Origin: Octopus sinensis
Lineage: Eukaryota
Direction: 5' to 3'
Assembly: GCF_006345805.1 (NCBI RefSeq)
Contig: NC_042997.1
Location: 210,924,001 to 210,988,000, forward strand
Length of the DNA: 64,000 nt
Positions 1 through 13,480 of the stretch are shown in pieces. The notes beneath the pieces were generated by a model. The model was not told the DNA's origin. It searched no databases and worked only from the letters and a program-made list of their open reading frames with translations. The position numbers were made by a program, and so were the translations under genes. The first letter of the stretch is position 1, and the number at the start of each line of letters is the position of its first letter.

Positions 1-225
1 CAGTGAAGGAATGGTTCCGAAACACCAAATTCCTCTCCTTTATATGGAATAAGAACTTATTGAAACTCTTTAACAACTTCAAGTTTTCCTTTTCCTTCCT
101 TCAATGACGAACAATGGTGAAAACGTTGCAGACGACAGCCATAATGTTTTAACTGCTCTGTCGTTTCTAATCACGTGACAAAAGTATGACTCAAATCACT
201 GCGTGAAACCTTTTTTATCGTCACC

Positions 226-761
226 CAGTGGTTCCCAACCATTTTTTATCTACTGACCCCTTTGATTCTGATTTTACTCTACCGAACCTCATAGCCATTC
301 AGTGTTTTTAAAAATTATACTATGTTTGAATAATTAAATATTATTAGGAATTGTATTAAAAAATAATTAAAATATTCTTTTCTACTCTACCCGAAAGGCA
401 AAGTCGACCTCGACGGAATTTGAACTCAGAACGTAACAGCAGACGAAATACCTATTTCTTTACTACCCACAAGGGGCTAAACACAGAAGGGACAAACAAG
501 GACAGACAAACGGATTAAGTCGATTATATCGACCCCAGTGCGTAACTCGCACTTATTTAATCGACCCCGAAAGGATGAAAGGCAAAGTCGACCTCGGCGG
601 AATTTAAACTCAGAATGTAAAGACAGACGAAATTTCGCAAAGCATTACTGCCAGCACACCGCCTTATTGTTAAAATATTCTGTGTTGTAGAAATATAAAC
701 AATTTATTGCCGTTAGAGTTTACCAGCAAAATCCTAAATGGACCGCGGTTTAGAACCACTG
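226..761. mobile_element. Probable hAT(Charlie)-like MITE, interrupted by a SINE
   Basis: CAGTGGTTCCCAACC at 226-240 and GGTTTAGAACCACTG at 747-761 form a 15-bp inverted repeat with 2 mismatches; CAGTGGTTC-type termini resemble hAT-Charlie. No TSD found. Confidence 0.45.
388..665 (-). mobile_element. tRNA-derived SINE family B (dimeric form, second unit truncated)
   Basis: Near-identical to copies at 19046, 19817, 28468, 32519, 38471, 57982 and 60030. Contains a B-box-like GAGTTCAAATTCC and the conserved end CCCCTTGTGGGTAGTAAAGAAATAG. Confidence 0.85.
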
Positions 762-1341
762 AATTAAACAGATGATCAAATTTTTATCTTCCTTTCATTG
801 GCCAACGACTTTCTGAATGGTGAACGAAAAATGGCTTCAACATGGAGTCTCTTGAAACATTGCCGCCAGTTACGAGTTAAGTTTCAGGTCTTTCCCAGCC
901 TTGAACACAGATGAAAATAAAAGCAGATGGCTTTCTTTTCTTGAATACAAGTTGGGGATGATAGTTACCAAGTTGAGCGATATTCTTAAGAACCTAGAAA
1001 ATTTCTTTAATCGTTTGGTTGTTTGTTCTTGTGGCTTCTTCCCAGGCAATACTGATGCTGTGAAGATAATCTCGTAGTTTGGATGCAAGGCACCAACCCC
1101 TGCCTGTTGAGAATGCTTCTGCTGCTGAGTGCCTGCAGAAGTTCCTTACTTTCTTCCGCTACGATAAGTTGGTTAAATGCTAAGTTGAGTTGCGTTCACC
1201 ATCCATCGACAAAATCAACACATTCTCCATATTAACTCTCAAACGTTCCTCTTTGCAGGAATTACCTTCTTTCTTGATAATTAAGAGGTGCTTATAGCAG
1301 AAAATTTTCATTTTCTCTACTGTTTTCCTGATGTTTCCTGA

Positions 1342-1712
1342 TGTGGCTGTGTGGGAAGTTTGCTTCGCAACCACATAGTTCCGGGTTCAATCCCATTGCG
1401 TGGCACCTTGGGCAAGAGTCTTCTACTATAGCCTCAGGCCGACCGAAGCCTTGTGAATGGGAGACGGAAACTGAAAGAAGCCTGACGTATATATCTACGT
1501 GTATGTGTGTGTGTGTGTGTGTGTTTGTCCCCCACTACTGCGTGACAACAGTGTTGGTGTATTTACTTCCCAGTAACTTAGCGGTTCGGCAAAAGAGACC
1601 GATAGAATAAGTACTGTAGTCAAAAAAAAAAATATGTACTGGGACCGACTCGTTCCACTAAAACTTCTTCGAGGTCATGCCCCAGTATGGCCACAGTCTG
1701 TTCACTGAAACA
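1342..1712 (+). mobile_element. tRNA-derived SINE family A (internal TA/TG microsatellite)
   Basis: Homologous to 10490, 17568, 23385 and 37769. Has the tRNA-like head TGGCTGTGTGG...GGGTTCAATCCC, an internal (TG)n and the shared 3' body. Confidence 0.8.
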
Positions 1713-1878
1713 CGAAGAAGATAGAAGACAAAAGATTGACGGTACCGTGATTAAAGACTTACCAACATATTCCTGACACTTTTCGACTGATTCCAATCCC
1801 GTCAACAACTTCATAACCAGTAATGAGATTTTCCCACAAAAACTTTAAGGAGATTCACGCTGTTTCCAGCTCAAAATT

Positions 1879-1880
<2 letters not shown>

Positions 1881-1928
<48 letters not shown>
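1881..1928. repeat. (TG)n microsatellite
   Basis: Perfect dinucleotide run. Confidence 0.95.
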
Positions 1929-1931
<3 letters not shown>

Positions 1932-2106
1932 AATGGTTTCTTATATGTCAACATAAGATTATTAGTGTAGCTCTATGTTGGAAGGAACCCTGGAAATGGT
2001 AACAGGTGGCATCTTTCCTCTAAGTAAGAGACAGGAATAAAATATTTTTAAAAAATCTGATACTGTCTTCCTCTTGATATAATTTTGCAAAATATCATTT
2101 CCTTGA

Positions 2107-2317
2107 ATGTGTGTGTGTGTGTGTGTGTCTGTGTCTGTATGTGTGTGTGTATGTGTGTGTGTATGTGTGTGTGTAAGTGTGTGTGTGTTTGTGTGTGTTT
2201 GTGTGTGTATGTGTGTGTGTTTGTGTGTGTGTGTATGTGTGTGTGTATGTGTGTGTGTATGTGTGTGTATGTATGTGTGTGTGTGTTTGTGTGTGTGTGT
2301 GTATGTGTGTGTGTTTG

Positions 2318-2363
<46 letters not shown>
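2107..2363. repeat. Imperfect (TG)n microsatellite
   Basis: TG run with TA/TT interruptions; explains the CV/HT-repeat ORFs. Confidence 0.95.
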
Positions 2364-2365
<2 letters not shown>

Positions 2366-2574
2366 GTTCTTCTATTCATATCTGTCCTTTCCTTTACTAC
2401 TAACAACATTATTATGGTTGGTGTATTAACATTATTATTATTATTTATTTTTATCATCATCACCATCATCATCATTGGTGTGTCACTCCAACTGAGCCAT
2501 TTCCCTGTTGATCAATTCATTGATTCATCATTTACGTATGATTACATATAGATATCGATCAACAGGTCAACCAT

Positions 2575-2632
2575 TAACAACAACCACAACAGCAACAACA
2601 ACAGCAACAACAACAACAACAGCAACAACAAC

Positions 2633-2668
<36 letters not shown>
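2575..2668. repeat. (CAA)n/(TAA)n microsatellite
   Basis: Direct inspection; forms the 5' flank of the adjacent LINE. Confidence 0.95.
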
Positions 2669-2670
<2 letters not shown>

Positions 2671-4815
2671 TATCGCAAAGGTTGAACAAGCACCTGGACG
2701 AAAACAACCTATTTCCAGAAGAGCAGAAAGGATGCCGCAAAGGCTCATGGCTGTAAAGATCAATTAATGATTAATAAAGCCATAACTGAAGACAGCCACA
2801 GAAAGAAGAAAGGCCTCAGTATGGCCTGGATTGACTACAAAAAGGCGTTTGATAGCATCCCCCCACACATGATCCTCGAAACACTAGCCATTAACAAAGT
2901 AGCACCAACAATCATAAAATTCATAGGGCACTCTATGAATAAATGGCAAACAGTGCTACAGCTCCAAACAAAAGAGGGACTCATGAAAACCAAAGACATC
3001 CCCATTAGAAGAGGAATATTCTAGGGAGACACGCTCTCTCCACTCCTTTTCTGCTTGGCACTGTCACCTCTATCTGATATGCTAAATAGAACTGGATGCG
3101 GATATAAATGTTACGGCAAAACGATCAGCCACCTTTTATATATGGATGACCTAAAACTATACGCTGCAAATGACAAACAGCTGGAAACACTATTAAAGAC
3201 AGTTCATGGATTTACCAAAGAAATAGATATGAAATTTGGATTAGAAAAATGCGTCAAAGTAACCATGAAAAGAGGAAAACTAGTTAAGAGTAGCAACATC
3301 ACACTAGATAAAACCAATGAAATAAAAGATTAGACCAAAGCCAAACTTACAAATACTTAGGAATCCATGAACTAGATAAGACATAACACACACAAATGAA
3401 AGAGAAAATAAAAAAGAATATTATAGACGAGTTAGATCAATACTAAAAACAGAGCTCAATGTTAAAAACAAGATAATAGGTATTAACACTTTAGCTGTCC
3501 CAGTTATAAGTTACAGCTACAATATCCTTAACTGGACACTAAATGAACTGACCAAAATAGATAGGAAAAAGAAAAATACTGACAGGATCTAGGATGCATC
3601 ACCCCAAATCTGACATAGAAAGACTATATATACAACGTATAGAAGGTGGTAGAGGCCTTATACAACTGGAAAACTACTATAAAATAACCACCATAGGACT
3701 GCAAAAATATCTACTTCAGAAGGAAGGAAACTGATACAAATAGCGGCAAAACACGAGCAAAACAAAAAACTGTTCTCAGTATTTAAGGAAGCTGACAAAT
3801 ACAAACAAAAATCATACCACCTAATAAATAAGAAGAAGAAGAAGAAGAAGAAAAAAGAAGAAGAAGATGAGAAGAAGAAACAACAAAAGCTATAAAACAA
3901 ATGAAATCCAAACTAAAAATAGAACAGCAACGAACCATGATAAAACGATGGCAAGAAAAGCCCCTTCATGGTAAATACTGGACTAAACTAAACGCAAAAG
4001 AAATAGACAAAGAAAAATTCCAGCAATGGTTGAGAGCTCAGGACTCAAAGCAGAAACAGAGGGATTTTTAATTGCAGCACAAGACCAAAGCCTCCCCACC
4101 AGAAATTACCAAAAACATGTAATGAAAAGAAACATAACAAGTAACTGCAGATATGTGGAGATGGACAAGAAACAATAAATCATATTATCTCTAGCTGCCC
4201 AGTCCTGGCTAAGAAGGAATATATTCACAGACATGACAGAGTTGGAACCTACATACATTGGAAGCTATTTCAACATTATAAAATAACAACAGAAAAAAGA
4301 TGGTATAGGCACACACCAGAAAAGGTCACAGAAAACGAGAAAGCAACCATACTCTGGGATATGCCCATACACACAGATAGAGAAATTAAGACCAACAGGC
4401 CAGATATAGTTGTCATAGATCATGAAGAAAAAAAATGCTTTCTAATTGATGTATCAATACCAGCAGATGACAACGTGTCTCTAAAAGAAATGGAGAAACT
4501 TTCAAAATACAAAGACCTGGAAATAGAGGTAACCAGAATGTGGAACCTAAAAACAGAAACAATTCCTATCATAGTAGGTGCATTAGGCATGATAAAAAAA
4601 TATTCAGACAAATACACAACAAAAACACCAGGACTTACAAACACACATAACATACAGAAAATTACACTACTAGGCACTGCACACATCCTACGCAGAACAC
4701 TTTCCATACAATAACCATCAGAGCATCACAACAAATCACAGCACATACCCAAGGCACACAGAGCTGCGCTCGGTAGTGAAGTGAAAGCACGCTATAAAAA
4801 TAAAACTACTGAATG
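2669..4815 (+). mobile_element. 5'-truncated R4/Dong-clade non-LTR retrotransposon (RT plus restriction-like endonuclease), decayed
   Basis: RT motifs EQKGCRKGS, WIDYKKAFDSI, RRGIF*GDTLSPLLFCL, HLLYMDDLKLY and FGLEKC. These are followed by a CCHC-type region and the RLE motif RPDIVV...FLIDVSIP...KE.EKLSKY. Contains stops and frameshifts; the 3' UTR ends in (TAA)n. Confidence 0.85.
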
Positions 4816-4950
4816 ATAATAATAATAATATCAATATAATAATAATGATAATAATAATAATATTAATAATGATAATAATAATAATGATAATAATAATATA
4901 TCAATAATAATAATAATGATAGTGATAGTAATGGTGATGATAACAATAAA
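4816..4950. repeat. Imperfect (TAA)/(TGA) microsatellite between two LINEs
   Basis: Direct inspection. Confidence 0.9.
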
Positions 4951-7900
4951 GCCGACTACGGCTGCTATAATGGTACGATTATAATTGTAACGGCAATGAT
5001 GGCCGTCTCCCCACGAGCCAATCAAAGCTAAAAAATGATAACATATCGTAGCACCAAAATGTTTTTGGAAACTAAAAGAAAACTAAATCATATACCAAAT
5101 CGCTTGTCCTATGTTAATCTGGAAGCGCGTCCCCCAGGGAAGAGTCAGCCTGGGATCGAAAAGTCATCAACTGGCACAAGCTCTTCTCCGAATACGGACA
5201 TGGATGGTCACTTGAACGGGAAATCCCCCAACTCGAGCCCTCCAAGTTCACCACCACAACCACCACAGAAAGAAAAATGTAAGCGGAACAAATGGACCCG
5301 AGAAGAGTATAAAGAAGTAATATACGCGTATTACTATGCATTAGGTAGGCCATCTCAAGAGAACACACCGCAAACTCTTACAGTATATGGAGAACACGGA
5401 ATCAAGACAGTAGGCCCTATTTGGACGAGAACAAATTAGCAAATGTGAGGAGGGATATCCTTAGAAATAACAGACTCACAGACAGTGAAATAAGCGCGAT
5501 CAAGCACGCAACGGAAAATGACATAATATAAGACACAAAGGAAATGAAGAATCAGATGAACAGTATAGCCCGCCACGAGGCTTAATTGAAAGACTGCCAT
5601 CTGACCAAAGTACGCAAAGGCCTGAAGATACAAGAAATTCTATTGTACCTGTTAAAGATAGCCAGGAAAACGAAAAAACAACAGTAACTGAAGATCTCGC
5701 ATTTGCTGAAGAACACAGAGAGTCTATGGCAGAAGTGAGGCAGAAAATCCTGAATACGCTTGAAGTTGTAAGACATACAAGTATGAATGATAGAGAACCA
5801 CTTCATAAACTCTCAAATACAAACCAAAATAAAAAACAATCCAATTGGCAACTATGTAACAAATGAAATAATACGAGAATTAAAACCTGATTTTACTGAG
5901 TTAAATGAAATTATTTAGGCTTCTGCATAGGGCAATTGAAACCATGCTTATGCCCCCAAAAAAAAAGAAAACAAAACTGGGAAGAAATCAAACCTGGAGA
6001 AGTAAAATTGAAAAGAGATTGAATTTATGAGAGGGAAATATCAATATTAAATGAACTAATATGTGGAAATGATGTAAGATCCAGAACAGAAAGAAAGATG
6101 AAGAGAAAATTTGGATCCTCAGCAGAGAAGAACTGATATCAATAAAAGAAACGCTGAAACAAAAAGTCCAAGCAAAAGCCCAAAGAATACGAAGATTTGA
6201 GAAGAGAAACAAGTTTTACAAGCAAAATAAGCTGTTCGCATCCAATGCCAAAAAATTCTACAGAGAAATAGGGAAGGAGAAAGTAACCGTTAAAGACCCC
6301 CCCCTCCCATGGAAGAAGTTCGAAACTTTTGGAAAAGGATTTGGAGTGACAAGAAGACGTACAACATAATGCATGCCTCTGGATTATACAAACTGAAGGA
6401 TCCTACCAAAATTTACAACAACAAGCATGGGAAGACATCACAATAGCAGACCTAAGAAAGGCACTCACGAAGGCCCATAATTGGAAATCCCCCGGTAAAG
6501 ATAGGGTGCCGAATTTCTGGCTCGCATCACTCCCATGCGCACACGGTAAGCTAGTTCAGCTGCTCAATGGAATTATGAGAGACCCAAAGAAAACACCAGA
6601 ATGGTTAGCAAGTGGCATTACTTACCTACTCCCAAAGAATAACGAAACCAACCTTCAAAAAACAATCGGCCTATAACCTGTCTATCCACCACGTATAAAA
6701 TCCTAACATCTATCCTGGCGGAAAACATATGCATTCATGGAGAAGAACGATATTTTCCCCATTGAACAAAAGGGTGCCGCCGAGGCTCTTACGGATGCAA
6801 AGATCAACTGCTAATCAATCGTATGATCCTTGAGAACTGTCACAACAAGCGCAGAAATCTCAGCACCGCATGGATTGATTATAAAAAGGCCTTCGACAGT
6901 ATACCGCATCCATGGATCTTGAGATCGCTGGACATCTTCAAAATTTCCCCTGTGATTTCAAACTTCCTGAAGCACAATATGTCGTTGTGGAATACGAATC
7001 TCCAATTATACCACTCTAATGGAGTACTTGCCTCAGAAAATATAAACATCAACTGTGGAATTTTTCAAGGTGACTCACTTTCACCTTTAATATTCTGCAT
7101 AGCCCTAATACCCCTTACAAGTGAATTAAACAGAACAGGGTATGGGTATAAAATTGCCAATAAAAAAATAAGCCATCTATTTTATATGGATGACTTAAAA
7201 CTTTATGGTAAAGACAATAATGAACTTGAAGGCCTATTGCGCACCATGAAAGTATTCAGCGATGACATCGGGATGGAGTTTGGACTTGAGAAGTGTGCCA
7301 AGGCCACTTTCCAGAAAGGGAAAGTGAAGACCACAAATTCAGTCGTGTTAGATGTTGACAGTCATAAGAGAGCTTGAGCAAGAACAACATACAAATATTT
7401 AGGGATAAATGAAGGCTCTGGTATTCAGCATGCAAGCATGAAAGAGAATATCAGGAAGGAATGTTATAGGAGAGTTCGTGCAGTCCTGAATCTGAACTAA
7501 ATGCACGTAACAAGGTGTTAGCTATAAATTCCTTAGCAGTTCCAGTTGTTACTTATAGCTACAATGTGTTGAACTGGAATATGAGTGAAGTAAGATAATA
7601 GATAGGAAAATACGCAAGCTGCTGAGTTGTAATAGGATGCACCACCCAAAGGCAGACGTAGATCGCCTTTACCTTCCCAGAGCCCAAGGAGGTCGAGGCC
7701 TGATCCAATTTGAACTAGCTTACAAAACAACCACCATTGGACTGGCCAAATATCTCGAAATATCGAATGACTGGATGCTAAAGCTCGTGGAAAATCACGA
7801 GAGGCGAAAGAAGCTTCATTCTATCATAAAGGAAAGCAAAAAATTTGCTATTGATCTCGTGCAGGATACCAAACTGAACAACCCGAGGGAAGTACGGCAA

Positions 7901-8880
7901 CTATTGTTGCAAAGAAGGTGAAAATGATGGCAACGAAAAAAGCGCACGAGCAATTGGCTGATAGGTGGGAGGAGAAACCTCTGCACGGCAAATATGTGAC
8001 CCGCAACAAACAAGCTGATGTTGACCAGAAGCAAACCCATCAGTGGCTACGGAGCTCGGGGCTAAAAGCAGAGAGCGAAGGTTTCATCCTGGCTGCTCAA
8101 GATCAAGCCTATTAACCCGGAACTACCAGGCCAATGTGATGAAAAATGGAGCAGACCCAAAATGCCGATTCTGCAACGACATGATTGAAACAGTGGACCA
8201 TCTAATCTCTGGATGTAAAGTCTTAGCACCAGTGGAGTATAAATTAAGACATGACAGAGTTGGCCAATATCTACACTGGCTAATAAGTCGGCATTACAAT
8301 ATCAAAACTGCCGACAAGTGGTATAATCACCACCCTGGGGCTGTAACTGAAGGAGAAAATGTAACCATTCTGTGGGACTTTCCAGTACATACAGACCGAA
8401 CCATCAAGGCCAATAAACCAGATATTGTTGTGAAAGACCAAAACAATAAAGTTTGCTTATTGATCGACATGAGCATCCCCTGTGATCATAATATCTCAGC
8501 GAAAGAGTTTGACAAGCTCAGAAAATATAAAGACCTACTCATTGAAATTGAGAAAATGTGGCATCTCAAGGCGGTTACAATACCAGTGATCGTAGGAGCA
8601 CTAGGAATGATCAAGAAGGAACCGAAATTATATGAGAATGATCCCTGGCTTACCATCCCTGCAAGAAGTGCAAAAGATCGTCTTAACTGGTACATCACAT
8701 GTATTGAGAAGAGCATTGTCGATGTGAGAATTGTTACTGCTCATGTATTTTAATTTAACTTAAAAAAAAAAATGAACGAACTATTGAGTTTGGTGTAATG
8801 GCCTACCGATGAGTTTCTTTGCCCTAGGAGTCGGGAAGACACTCGGCAAGAAATGGAAGCAAATTTGAAAGAAGAAAAAA
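4950..8880 (+). mobile_element. Near full-length R4/Dong-clade retrotransposon (about 3.9 kb) with frameshifted ORF
   Basis: N-terminal KWTREEYKEVIYAYY segment; RT motifs WIDYKKAFDSIPH, GIFQGDSLSPL and FYMDDLKLY; MHHPKADVDRLYLPRAQGGRGL; zinc knuckle CRFC..ETVDHLISGC..RHD; RLE motif KPDIVV..LIDMSIP..KEFDKLRKY. The 3' UTR is followed by (TAA)n. Confidence 0.88.
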
Positions 8881-8960
8881 AAATAATATAATAATAATAA
8901 TATAACAATAATAATAATAATAACAACAATAATATAACAATAATAATAATAATAATAATA

Positions 8961-8993
<33 letters not shown>

Positions 8994-9085
8994 AATAATA
9001 ATAATAATGATGATGATGATAATAATAATGATAATAATAATAATAATAATGATGATGATGATGATGATGATGATAATAATAATAG
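8881..9085. repeat. (TAA)n/(TGA)n microsatellite
   Basis: Direct inspection. Confidence 0.95.
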
Positions 9086-10489
9086 CTATATCAATCATAC
9101 AAGAAAAAGAAAACTGTGAAAACAAGATCATTCAACAGAAGCGCCATCTACCGGCACACACTGTATCCCTAACCCTAACCATCAAACAACTCACTTCCTT
9201 ACAATAACGTTTCTTCTCTCACCTTCCCGCGTTTGTTTTTTGCGGGATTTTTTTTATTTCTTATTTGTTTGTTTTCTTTTTCTTTCTTTTTATTCGATAG
9301 AAATTCAATGGTTTGCTCTTTATTCGATAGAAACTATTATGGACTCGCCGTTTCCGATTCTTACACTTTTTTTATTTGGACTTTTTATATCTGGCGATGT
9401 TTGCCAATAATAAACCAACTTCCATTGTATTTTATAAACAGAATTACTTATTCACACATACACACACATACATACATACGCACGCACGCACACACACACA
9501 GACACACACGCATAGACATAATTATAAATATATATGCATATGTGTGTAGGTGTATGTATATATATACATACATGGCCGCATGTATATATATATACATACA
9601 ATACATGGCCGCAGACAAAATAAAATAACATCATCAAAACATGAAAGTATAACAAAACAAATATGCTTTTGTTTTCTTCCAGCCACCAATGTACTGTAGC
9701 CGTAAGCCACACTTTAAATTTTCCAGGTAAAAAATAGCGGCTTATACACCGGAAAATATGATAATTGTAGTGGCAGTGACAAGTTCACTCGCTGGTTGCT
9801 AGTTGATAGTGTAGAAGGGAGGGAAAGAGTAAGCAATGCACGGTGCTGACTAGAAAGGATAAAGGTGACATCGTCTTCGCTCGCCATACGAATAGAACAG
9901 AGTGGTGACATTTAGTAGAGATGAGCCGGAAGTTGTTCCGCTTCGATTCCTATCGCAAACAGCAGTAGCTTTCCTCAACCGAATACACATCGTTGATTGG
10001 TTGAAATTACCTAAATGCGACAACTTTAGCACAAAATAACTTCTAAAATACGAAATTTGGTTAAAAACGTTCAGAGTTAACCGTGTTCTACGTGAGAAAT
10101 TCTACCAGTATTCGAAGTTTCAAACTGTTTAGTTTTAAAAAATTAATTTAAAAATTTGTGATTGAGATGGAATAGATCCCATATTATTAAAATTAATGAT
10201 ATCTACGAAACTGTATGTCAACACAACATTATCAAGGTAATCCAAATTGGTGAAATTCCAACCGAACATCTGAAAAAACTTTAGCTGTTAAAAAAAGCTG
10301 ACAAAAAGAAACACCAAATCAAATTTAACTTTAGACATTCATTCAACCAAGATCGACGTCATTGAATAACTAATTTAGTTTATAAAAATAAGAGATAAAA
10401 ATACCATGCTAATTCTATATTTTTTGACAATTTGAATTTTACATAGTAAAATAATCTAAAAAAAATATAATCTATTTATATACAATCAT

Positions 10490-10910
10490 AGGCGCAGGAG
10501 TGGCTGTGTGGCAAGTAGCTTGCTAACCAACCACATGGATCCGGGTTCAGTCCCACTGCGTGGCATCTTGGGCAAGTGTCTTCTGCTATAGCCCCGGGCC
10601 GACCAATGCCTTGTGAGTGGATTTGGTAGACGGAAACTGAAAGAAGCCTGTCGTATATATGTATATATATATAAATGTGTGTGTGTGTGTTTGTGTGTCT
10701 GTGTTTGTCCCCCTAGCATTGCTTGACAACCGATGCTAGTGTGTTTACGTCCCTGTCACTTAGCGGTTCGGCAAAAAGAGACCGATAGAATAAGTACTGG
10801 GCTTACAAAGAATAAGTCCCGGGGTCGATTTGCTCGACTAAAGGCGGTGCTCCAGCATGGCCGCAGTCAAATGACTGAAACAAGTAAAAGAGTAAAAGAG
10901 TAAAAGAGTA
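10490..10910 (+). mobile_element. tRNA-derived SINE family A, full length
   Basis: GGCGCAGGAGTGGCTGTGTGG head, internal (TA)n(TG)n and a (GTAAAAGA)n tail; near-identical to 17568 and 23385. Confidence 0.9.
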
Positions 10911-11899
10911 AATTATTGATGACGCTGAACAAAAACTGCAGGCAAGAATTCTACTTTATTAGATAACTAAAGAATAAAATCTACAGATGATAATCCACCG
11001 TAATGCTAAACAGAAACTTGTATACTTTACATCGCAATAATCACTTAACCGTTTATTTAAGTCCTTTATAGGAATTAACCTTATTTTATAACAACTGAAA
11101 AATTATTATATTCAACAACATATACAATCACCGATGACCTCGTGCGATAACTAAAAATAAAAATCACAGATAAGACAATCAAATACCTTTTTATTTATTT
11201 TTATTAGCACGGAATTTTGTCAGCGAACAGGTCGCAGTCTCAAAGCGACGAAAATATTTTGACAAATTAAATTTAAATGTTGAAGTGAATCTAACGGATT
11301 TTGTGTGTTTCTTAAATGGCTTATAAACACCTTCCACGCTGCAATTGTTTTAGTTCCAGCACACGATCTCAGACCAAGCCACTTGCTAAGCAAGTACATC
11401 TCCTTTTATATGAATTAACCTTATTATATAATAATTGAAAAATTGTTATAGTTAATAATATATACAATTATTGCTGACTTCGCTGGATAACTAAAGAATT
11501 AAAATTAAAGATAATAATTCCATGTTATGCTTAACAGAGGCTTCGATATTTTACATCGCTTTAAATAATTATTTAAAAACTTTAATAGGAATTAAACTTA
11601 TGTAATAATTAATTAAAGAAATATTATAATTAATAATTGAAATATTTGAATGTCTTTCTAAATTTATGGCAAAGTTTTAAAGTAAAGTGCCCATTAAAAT
11701 TCAATAAAATTAATTTAGAAGTAATTATATAATACATTTCTTCGAGGCAAGGATCACAAGTAGAATTACGAATATCATACGATGGAGCATAACTAATAAT
11801 GGACCACTTTAAATCATATTTAGTATTCTTATCTTTTAAATCCCAAATGCATTTACTAAGAATTCTAGAATTACTTTTTCTTCTATATTTAAAGGAATC

Positions 11900-12620
11900 A
11901 GAATGATTATAAAACGTAGTATAAGAACCAATATATCAATATTTACGATGTCTTGTTATTACTTTGCACTGATATACTACATTCTTCTTTAAACACGGAT
12001 TTCTGAAGGGCCAAGCCTCTCCTGGACCTGTGAAAGATACATTACATCCCACCGACAAAAATATGGCTTCACAAGAGACAGCTACTAAATTCCTGATAAA
12101 AAAAGGGACAAAGATACCACCAAAGCTCCATATTGTGATAGAAAATGTCGGCTCTGCTATACCAGTGTGGAAGATGTCCCCCACATTATCAGTAACTGCC
12201 CCAAAATATCTACAAGATACTACCTGACCCTGGGGCATGACATAGTTGTAAATAATATTTACGATGCTATCCGCGGGAAGTGCTGCCCTGATGCATACAT
12301 CAAAGCATGTCAGAACCAGAATATATTCGCGCCTTTAAGAACAAGGGATGCTGATGGAATATTCTGATAACAACAGCAATTCGGTGCAAACAATAGATTC
12401 GATATTGTTCTATGGGATAGGGAATAAAAGTCCTGCCCTGTTGTAGAGGTCTGTTGTCTTGCAGACATGAATGCACAATCAAAAGTCCAGGAAAATGAGA
12501 GTATTTAAGACGAATGAATGCAGGACTTACTGCTCTTGCGCCCTGACTATGAATTCTCATTTGTACCTAGCACCATAGGGGCATTGGGTTATGTTCCAAC
12601 AAATTTGCACAACAAGAAAA
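11900..12620 (+). mobile_element. Highly decayed RLE-type LINE 3' fragment
   Basis: Fragmented motifs EDVPHIISNCPK..GHD (zinc knuckle-like) and NRFDIVLWD (RPD-like), spread across frames. Confidence 0.45.
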
Positions 12621-13089
12621 TTACGGCAAAGCTGCGTAACAGTGGTGTCAGACGTAACATGCAGATCATCGTATGATTTGTTTCATTCTCTTCCGTTTTG
12701 CTTTAACATGCGCATTGCGTTTTTATTTTACTCTTCCGTTTTATGAGTTCAGTGTGCACATGTGCATTGCGCGTTCCTACTTCGCTTTCCGGTTCCTATT
12801 CAGCCGAGAAACACTCGGTTTCGCGGAGAAAGAGCAAAAGAAACTGATGTTGTTTCTCCATATCCGAACTGTTAGTTGCGCAATGAAAACATTTTCAAGG
12901 ATTCCCTACCTGAGAGTCTTTAAATGCATCGATGCACACACTTGGGTGTTTGCGTCAGCGGCTTCGCCAACACACCAACTCAACCACATGTTTACAAACA
13001 CCAGGAAAACGTCTTGTCGCTTTGTTAGCGACCTCGAATGGATTATGAAGAAGTAAAATGTACACACACATATGCACACATACATACAC

Positions 13090-13315
13090 ATATTCATATT
13101 TACAAGTATGTATCTCTCTATCTATCTATCGCTCGAACGATCGATAGATAGATCTAGCAGTCGATTGATCTACCTATCAATCTATTTGTCTACCTACCTA
13201 TTAATCGGCCTATCTTCTATCTGTCTATCTATCTATCCGTCTATCTATCCATCTATCTAGCTAGCTAGCTATTCATCTATCTATCCATCTATCTATCTAT
13301 CCATTTATCTATCTA

Positions 13316-13363
<48 letters not shown>

Positions 13364-13372
13364 CATCCATCC

Positions 13373-13438
<66 letters not shown>

Positions 13439-13480
13439 TCATCTATCCATCCATCCATCTATCTATCTATCTATCTATCT
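13090..13480. repeat. (TATC)n/(TCCA)n microsatellite
   Basis: Direct inspection. Confidence 0.95.

Noticed and set aside
850-1340. Possible decayed transposase or exon
   Set aside because: All frames are interrupted and no diagnostic motif could be confirmed.
9714-9990. MASEDDVTF... ORF with a nearby CCGGAAGT motif as a gene start
   Set aside because: It overlaps sequence resembling DNA-transposon termini, and there is no strong donor or homology.
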